This document shows, one piece after another, positions 58,144 through 64,000 of a stretch of DNA of 64,000 nt (its first letter is position 1; every line of letters starts with the position of its first letter). The notes beneath the pieces are model-generated. The model made no database searches. It worked only from the letters and a program-made list of their open reading frames with translations, and was not told the origin of the DNA. Where the stretch lies: NCBI GenBank assembly GCA_024653485.1, contig JANLFY010000001.1:166160-230159 (forward strand). The letters run 5' to 3'. A program made the translations under genes and the position numbers. The DNA is from Bacillota bacterium (GTDB taxonomy: Bacteria > Bacillota > SHA-98 > UBA4971).

Positions 58144-58255
58144 AGCGCGCCGGTCACTTGACCTGCCGCCCGCTGTCGCCCGCTGCCGCAGGTCGGGACG
58201 CGGCGCCTGTCTTTGTCGCCGCCCCCGAGGGCTTCTTCCGGTCTCCGGCTTCCGG

Positions 58256-60154
58256 CTATGGATTCGGCTCCGCGTGGGGCGCGGGCTCCTCCGGAGCGCC
58301 GGCCCGCGTCTGGGGGGCGTTCCCGGATTCGTTCCCCGATCCGGATTCGCGCCCGGCCGCGTCTTTCTCCCCGTTCGCGGGACTGACGCTAGTCCCGGCG
58401 CCAGCTCCGGCCCCAGCCCCGGTCTCCGCGGCGGTCTCTCTTGTTGCGCCGGGCTGCGCTCGCGCCTCCTCGGCCCCGGCCTCCATCCTCCATTCGAAGT
58501 AGCTCCAGATGCCTTTCGTGATTCCCCGGGCGGCCCTATCCCGGAAACCGGGGTCCATGAGGAGCAACTCCTCGGTGAGGTTCGACATGAAAACCACTTC
58601 GACCAGGCAGGAAGGCATCTTCGCCTCTCGGATGACGTACAGGTCGGGCCTCTCGCGTACCCCCCTATCCGGAAGGCCTATTGCCCTCACGAGGCTCGTC
58701 TGGACGTGCTCCGCGAGCCGACGGCTCATCGGAACGCTGGAGCAGAACAGCGTTTCAGTGCCTGACGACGTCTCAGTTCTTCCCGCGTTCGCGTGTACGC
58801 TGATGAAGATATCCGCGCGCTCCTCTGCAGCGACCTTCACGCGCTCGGGCAGAAAGACGCTCACGTCGTCGGTGCGCGTAAGTACGGCTTTGGCCCCCGC
58901 TTCGCTCAACATGGCGGCGACGCGCTTCGAGATGTCCAGGGTCACGGCTTTCTCCTGCAGTCCCGTCGCTCCGACCGCTCCGGGGTCACTGCCGCCGTGC
59001 CCGGGGTCTACTACTATCGTCTTCTTGTAGAGCGGCGACCGCGTAATCTCGACGGCGGTCTCGCCCCACGATCCGTCGGGCCCGAGTTCCCTGGGAGGCT
59101 CATAGTGGCCCACGTAATATGGTAGGTCCACGACGACCCTCACGGTCATGGGTCCAAACTGGGCGAGGCGAATCCTTTCGATGGTGCCGTCTCCCACTTC
59201 GACGGAACCTTCGGGCGCGTCAAGCACGGAGTCCTCGAAATCCATGACGAGCCTATGCGGTTCTACGAGGCGCGTGATCTTCGCCGGCGGGAGGCCGGTG
59301 GACTTCACTGTCACGCGTGTGGACTTGAGGTGAGTGGCGAAGGCCGCGCCCAGGATGCGGTGGCCGAAGTCGACCACAACCTCGCCCGGCCTGTCTGACG
59401 AAGTGAACACGGAGTATGTCGTCTCCTTGGCGAGGTCAACGACTACGCGCACGGTGTCCGGTGAGTGTTGGCTCGCTCGGATCTGCCTTGCTATTCCGTG
59501 GGACACGGGCATGGGGCCGGGGTTGCCTACGAGAACGGCACCGGGCAGGTCCACGACGATCCTCGGAGGATCGATGAGGATGGAGGTCTTGTACTTGAGC
59601 TTGCCCGTGCCTTTCACGATGGCCTCGGCACGGCCATCCACCTCGCGGAATTCCAGCCCCGTCACACGCTGGGGAAACGTGATGACGATTTCGTGGGGGT
59701 TCTCCTCCGGCGAAGTCACCGAGTGGGCGGATTCCTGGCACAGGTCTATCACGAGTCGCACGACGTTCGAGCTGAACTGGGCGACTCGCACCTTGTCCAC
59801 TATGCCGTCTCCCACCTGGAGTGGCTCGGGCCGCGACGGCAGCACTGCTCCTTCTATGTCGACGACCAGTCGCGCCGGGTCCTTGAGGAGGAACGACTTC
59901 CATGTTGGCTTTCCAGGGCCCTCCAGCGACACTCTCACCGTTCCGTGCCCTTCCACGTCAGCGTAGGTCACCGCGAGAACGCGTACGGTGGGCTTTTCCT
60001 GGTTTAGTTGAGGCGTCACAGCGGGCGCTGAGGCGTGTGCTCGCGAGGCAGGCGTGACGAAGCCCGCCACTATGGACACGAACGCGGCGAGGACGAGCGG
60101 AAGCGGCCAGTTGTTGCGGCAGCGTGGGAGTCTCAACTCTTGGCCTCCAACCAT
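58256..60154 (-). CDS. N-acetylmuramoyl-L-alanine amidase (Amidase_3) with four N-terminal AMIN domains and Gly/Ala-rich C-terminal tail
   Basis: Four ~100-aa AMIN-like repeats, then VVDPGHGGSDPGA...ISVHANA...LVEVVFMSN Amidase_3 motifs. Start at MVGGQ... (signal peptide). The upstream ORF part is Arg/Pro-rich. Confidence 0.8.
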   Translation of the reverse strand: MVGGQELRLPRCRNNWPLPLVLAAFVSIVAGFVTPASRAHASAPAVTPQLNQEKPTVRVLAVTYADVEGHGTVRVSLEGPGKPTWKSFLLKDPARLVVDIEGAVLPSRPEPLQVGDGIVDKVRVAQFSSNVVRLVIDLCQESAHSVTSPEENPHEIVITFPQRVTGLEFREVDGRAEAIVKGTGKLKYKTSILIDPPRIVVDLPGAVLVGNPGPMPVSHGIARQIRASQHSPDTVRVVVDLAKETTYSVFTSSDRPGEVVVDFGHRILGAAFATHLKSTRVTVKSTGLPPAKITRLVEPHRLVMDFEDSVLDAPEGSVEVGDGTIERIRLAQFGPMTVRVVVDLPYYVGHYEPPRELGPDGSWGETAVEITRSPLYKKTIVVDPGHGGSDPGAVGATGLQEKAVTLDISKRVAAMLSEAGAKAVLTRTDDVSVFLPERVKVAAEERADIFISVHANAGRTETSSGTETLFCSSVPMSRRLAEHVQTSLVRAIGLPDRGVRERPDLYVIREAKMPSCLVEVVFMSNLTEELLLMDPGFRDRAARGITKGIWSYFEWRMEAGAEEARAQPGATRETAAETGAGAGAGAGTSVSPANGEKDAAGRESGSGNESGNAPQTRAGAPEEPAPHAEPNP

Positions 60155-60537
60155 TCGACTGCTATCAGGACCTCTTTCGACTCCGTTCAACAATTTCCTC
60201 TTCCACTGCGTGAATCCTCCCCTGGAAGAGCACATAGCAGGCAGAGCCTCGCCGCGTCGGGCGGCGAGCCGCCGCGGAGACGAGGTCGCAGGTGCCCGCA
60301 TCGCGCACGCATGCGTTGCCGGGATCCGGATGGACGGGCTGGGGGCATGGACAGGCTGGAGGCGGGACACCGCGACTGACCGCTGGACCGGTCGGAATGT
60401 CCCGGCACGGGACTCCAGACCCGCCTACTCGGGTATCCCCCGGTTGCGCCGGGAACCACACGCGCAAGGCGACCACATAGGCGCCTCCGCTCTACGCTGT
60501 GTGCGTCTTCACTTCCCCTAGACGTGCCGGTAATATC

Positions 60538-60954
60538 ATGCTTGAGGTGAGCGGGTTGGACGGAGGTTTCGAGCACACGGGCGGCCGCATCAGAAGACTT
60601 CGCCGCTTGAGACGCATGACCCAAGAAGACCTAGCTGAGCTCGCCGGCCTCCACGTCAGCTACGTGGGACAGCTCGAAAGAGGCCAGAGAACCCCGTCTG
60701 TCAAGACCCTCGACGCAATTGCCAAGGCCCTCCAGGTCGACCCGGCGCTTCTAGTAAAGTCTCTCGGAGACGACGAATCCCCGGTGGAAGATCTCCTCAC
60801 CCTCGTCGCGGGGGCTTCGCCAGAGCAGGTCCAGCTCATCACGAGGATAGCGGAAACCGTGCTCTCTTCGGGATACAGGCTGGAGACCCGCGCGAGGAAC
60901 GAAAGGTCGTCGGATCTTCCCGCAAACACCCCTGATGACAAGCCCGCGAAGTAA
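60538..60954 (+). CDS. XRE-family HTH transcriptional regulator
   Basis: Single Cro/C1 HTH (MTQEDLAELAGLHVSYVGQLERGQRTPSVKTLDAIAKAL) with a C-terminal ~70-aa tail. Confidence 0.7.
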   Translation: MLEVSGLDGGFEHTGGRIRRLRRLRRMTQEDLAELAGLHVSYVGQLERGQRTPSVKTLDAIAKALQVDPALLVKSLGDDESPVEDLLTLVAGASPEQVQLITRIAETVLSSGYRLETRARNERSSDLPANTPDDKPAK

Positions 60955-61070
60955 CTGGCTTTGCGCGTCCCCGTTTCCCTGCTTTCACTCCTTTCGCTGC
61001 ACCGGTGTTGCGGTGACGGTTTGAGCATGCATATAATAAGCATCGCAGCATCGTGTGGGAGGCGACCCGG

Positions 61071-61889
61071 GTGGATTCAAGGCCTATCGGCGTGTTCGAT
61101 TCCGGCGTGGGGGGCCTCACTGTGGTACGCGAGGTGTGGCGGAAGCTCCCGAAAGAACGCGTTCTCTACTTCGGCGACACAGCGCGAGTGCCCTACGGTG
61201 GACGACCCGCAGCGGAGATAGAGGTATTCGCGAGAGAGATCATCTCTTACCTACGGAAGCTCGGAGCAAAGTTGGTCATAGTTGCGTGCAACACGACTTC
61301 AGCCCTCGCGCTCGACGAAGTTGGGCGAGAATTCGACGTGCCGCTCGTGGGGGTGCTGAGGCCGGGTGCTCGCTCCGCGGTGAGCGCGACGCGCGCCGGC
61401 AGGATAGGAGTGATCGCCACGGAGGGAACTACGAGGAGCGGCGCGTACGAGCGAGCAATAAGGGAGCTGATGCCCGAGGCGGCCGTCTTCTCCAAAGCAT
61501 GCCCGATGTTGGTCCCTCTCATAGAAGCCGGGCGGACTTGCTCGCGCGAAGCCGAGGAGGCGCTCCGCGACTACCTTGCCCCCCTCCTGGAGTCCGACAT
61601 CGACACTCTCGTGCTCGGATGCACTCACTATCCCTTCCTGGAGGACGCGATCAGGCGGATCGTGGGGCCGGACGTCACCATAGTTGACCCCGCGGGAGAG
61701 ACAGTTGAGGTTGCGTCAGTCCTACTACGCGACCTAGGCCTCTCGAGTCATGAGAGGACCGGACCCGACCAGTTCGCGGTGAGCGGAGATCCTGAAGGAT
61801 TCACCCGTGTCGCGGAGAAACTACTGGGGAAGCGGTTGCCGCGGGCCGCCAAGGTGGACCTACGAGAAAGCTCGATCAACCGGGGCTGA
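61071..61889 (+). CDS. murI: Glutamate racemase
   Basis: IGVFDSGVGGLTV and CTHYP catalytic Cys motifs. GTG start 8 nt after GGGAGG. A TATAAT-like box sits ~35 nt upstream. Confidence 0.9.
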   Translation: MDSRPIGVFDSGVGGLTVVREVWRKLPKERVLYFGDTARVPYGGRPAAEIEVFAREIISYLRKLGAKLVIVACNTTSALALDEVGREFDVPLVGVLRPGARSAVSATRAGRIGVIATEGTTRSGAYERAIRELMPEAAVFSKACPMLVPLIEAGRTCSREAEEALRDYLAPLLESDIDTLVLGCTHYPFLEDAIRRIVGPDVTIVDPAGETVEVASVLLRDLGLSSHERTGPDQFAVSGDPEGFTRVAEKLLGKRLPRAAKVDLRESSINRG

Positions 61890-61978
61890 CGTGCTCGAGG
61901 TTCACTCAGGGGCAGGTCTGGCTGGAGCGCGGCATAGGCCGGTCTTTCTGAAGGGAGACATGGGGAGGCGGTCGCGAC

Positions 61979-62761
61979 GTGCCAAGGCGAGACGATAGAG
62001 CTAGCAGTGAGATCCGTCCGGTCAAGATCACGAGGGGATACATGAAATACGCTGAAGGCTCGGTGCTCATTGAGGTGGGGGACACCCGGGTCGTGTGCAC
62101 GGCCACCATCGAGGATCGCGTGCCCCAATTCCTGAAAGGGCAGGGCAAAGGGTGGGTGACCGCTGAGTACGGAATGCTACCCAGGGCTACGAGCGAGCGA
62201 AATCCGCGGGAGGCCACGAAGGGAAGGTCGGGAAGGACCTACGAGATTCAGAGGTTGATAGGGCGGGCGCTGCGGGCAGTTGTGGATCTCGAGAGCATCG
62301 GCGAGCGCACCGTGTGGATAGATTGCGACGTGATACAGGCAGACGGAGGCACCCGCACTGCCGCCGTCACCGGGTCTTTCGTGGCTCTCGTGGAGGCTCT
62401 CTCCCGCCTGACGTGCGGCACGGGCGACGGTGCGCGCGGGGACTCGAGAGAAGGCGCCGGGGAAGCGATGCCCGGACATTTCCCAGTAAGAGACTTCATC
62501 GCGGCCACAAGCGTCGGCATCGTCGATGGCGAGCTTGTCGTGGACCTTTCCTTCGACGAAGACTCCCGCGCGAGCGTGGACATGAACGTGGTCATGACGG
62601 GGGGCGGCAAGCTGGTGGAGATCCAAGGAACCGCAGAGGGTAGCCCGTTTTCGAGGGCGGATCTCGATCGCATGCTGAGGCTTGCCAAGAGCGGCATCGA
62701 CACCCTCATAGCGATCCAGCGGGACGTCCTCGAGGACTTGGCGGGCAAGGTGGGCCGTTGA
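61979..62761 (+). CDS. rph: Ribonuclease PH
   Basis: [31 protein letters not shown]...[14 protein letters not shown] RNase PH motifs. Contains a ~25-aa Gly/Asp-rich insertion. Confidence 0.9.
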   Translation: MPRRDDRASSEIRPVKITRGYMKYAEGSVLIEVGDTRVVCTATIEDRVPQFLKGQGKGWVTAEYGMLPRATSERNPREATKGRSGRTYEIQRLIGRALRAVVDLESIGERTVWIDCDVIQADGGTRTAAVTGSFVALVEALSRLTCGTGDGARGDSREGAGEAMPGHFPVRDFIAATSVGIVDGELVVDLSFDEDSRASVDMNVVMTGGGKLVEIQGTAEGSPFSRADLDRMLRLAKSGIDTLIAIQRDVLEDLAGKVGR

Positions 62762-62762
62762 C

Positions 62763-63428
62763 ATGTCTCGACTCGTGCTTGCCACCAAGAATCCCGGGAA
62801 AGTCGAGGAGATGCGCGAAATCCTCGAGGCGAGTGGGCTTGGAGACCTCCAGATACTCTCGTGCGCTGACTTCCCCTGGGTCAGCGATGTGGAGGAGGAC
62901 GGCGAAACTTTCGTTGAGAACGCGATGAAGAAAGCCCTCGCCGTGTCGAAGGCTACAGGAGAGGTTGCGCTCGCAGATGACTCGGGGCTCGAGGTCGACG
63001 CCCTCGGAGGCGCCCCGGGGGTAAGGTCCGCGAGGTTCGCCGGGGAGTACCTCCCTGCGGGAGCGTCCCGCGACAAGGCCAATTGCGACAAGCTGCTCTC
63101 ACTCCTCGAAGGCGTGCCAGTTCGTGAGAGGACCGCACGCTTCCGGTGCGTCGTGGCTGTGGCGTCCCCCTTAGGACAGATGCGGACAGCGGAGGGTGAA
63201 TGCGCGGGCACAATAGCCTTCGAGCCCCGCGGGTCTAGCGGGTTCGGGTACGATCCGATCTTCGTGCCCGAAGGTTATGAAGCGACCTTCGGCGAACTCG
63301 GGTTCGAGGCGAAGAACCAAATCAGCCACCGAGCTAGGGCTCTCAGGGCTGCCGTCCCCGCAGTGCGCGACCTCGTTGGGTTGAACGCGCTGAAACGCTC
63401 CAGGCAAGCTCCGGAAGAAGCCAAGTGA
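62763..63428 (+). CDS. rdgB: Non-canonical purine NTP pyrophosphatase (RdgB/Ham1 family)
   Basis: ATKNPGKVEEM...FGYDPIF(V)P signature. Start 2 nt after the rph stop. Confidence 0.9.
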   Translation: MSRLVLATKNPGKVEEMREILEASGLGDLQILSCADFPWVSDVEEDGETFVENAMKKALAVSKATGEVALADDSGLEVDALGGAPGVRSARFAGEYLPAGASRDKANCDKLLSLLEGVPVRERTARFRCVVAVASPLGQMRTAEGECAGTIAFEPRGSSGFGYDPIFVPEGYEATFGELGFEAKNQISHRARALRAAVPAVRDLVGLNALKRSRQAPEEAK

Positions 63429-63527
63429 TGCCAGAACTGCGTGCGTGGGGCTGGCGTCCGTCCACGGGACGTGCAAGATTAGGCGTGAGACCTAGTGGAC
63501 CGGGACGTGGGAAGACCCGGTCAGCCT

Positions 63528-63556
63528 TTGACTTTCCGCGGCAATTGCTGTAGAAT
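63528..63556 (+). promoter_or_regulatory. Sigma-A-type promoter for tRNA-Pro (TTGACT-17-TAGAAT)
   Basis: Consensus -35 and near-consensus -10 with 17-nt spacer. The -10 lies ~35 nt upstream of the tRNA 5' end. Confidence 0.5.
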
Positions 63557-63591
63557 CTTACCTTGAGAAAACATCGAGCATCGCTGGAGTT

Positions 63592-63669
<78 letters not shown>

Positions 63670-64000
63670 TCTTTATCTCTCCGCTCATCCGTCTCGCCTG
63701 TCATCCATCCCGCCTCGTATTCCGTGTGCTCGACAAGCCTGATCCTCGTCTTTCCCGAATCCTCGAATCTTGAGAGCGTGGTCAGCCTTTGGCTGTGACC
63801 GGGCGCGTTGAGCCGTCCGGATCAAGGCTGTGGAGTTCACGTCACCGCGCGCCCTGACGCAAAGTTCGCCCTCCCGTCGGCAGGGGAAAACATCGTGGCG
63901 CAGAATCAAATTGAGAGGAAGGTTTCCATTACTTACGTAGGAGGGGTGCTGATGGCTTCGTTGTCACTGCGTTCCAAGAGGATCGCGGGCGTCGGGGTAC

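Overview
High-GC (roughly 62-65%) chromosomal segment that reads like a Gram-positive (Firmicutes-like) anaerobe. Starts fit GGAGG-type Shine-Dalgarno sequences, ATGA/GTGA overlaps are common, and sporulation or cell-wall genes are present (polysaccharide deacetylase, LysM protein, AMIN-amidase). There is no CRISPR array, rRNA gene, transposase or recognisable phage gene. One tRNA-Pro(TGG) lies at the 3' end. Gene content, in order: MATE efflux protein (partial); mgtE behind a probable M-box leader; a beta-CASP ribonuclease; OsmC; thiolase; a flavin-based extracellular-electron-transfer-like gene set (secreted protein with two FMN-binding domains, polyprenyl synthetase, Gx/Hpre_diP_synt_I membrane protein, NusG-II protein, ApbE flavin transferase, NDH-2 with a C-terminal membrane extension) with a Rex/CRP-type palindrome in the divergent promoter region; a three-HTH XRE regulator; the livKHMGF branched-chain amino-acid ABC transporter; an orphan Na+-decarboxylase beta subunit; a TAXI-TRAP transporter plus malic enzyme; a large redox cluster hdrC-hdrB-hdrA, a 1084-aa tandem HdrA fusion, mvhD, an FrhB-like Fe-S protein, a soluble fumarate-reductase-like FeS/flavoprotein pair, korDABC and sucCD; then three tandem paralogous 35-37-aa single-helix peptide genes followed by S8 and S1 serine proteases; plsY; a DUF362 ferredoxin-domain protein; a maltokinase-like gene plus GlgM-type GT4 glucan synthase; an AMIN-domain amidase; an XRE regulator; murI; rph; rdgB. 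The two most interesting loci are (i) the triplicated small hydrophobic peptide array upstream of two signal-peptide-less serine proteases, and (ii) the Hdr/MvhD-linked soluble fumarate-reductase-like module, a candidate flavin-based electron-bifurcating fumarate reductase feeding a Kor/SucCD reductive branch. Most long ORFs on the opposite strand of real genes are GC-driven artefacts.
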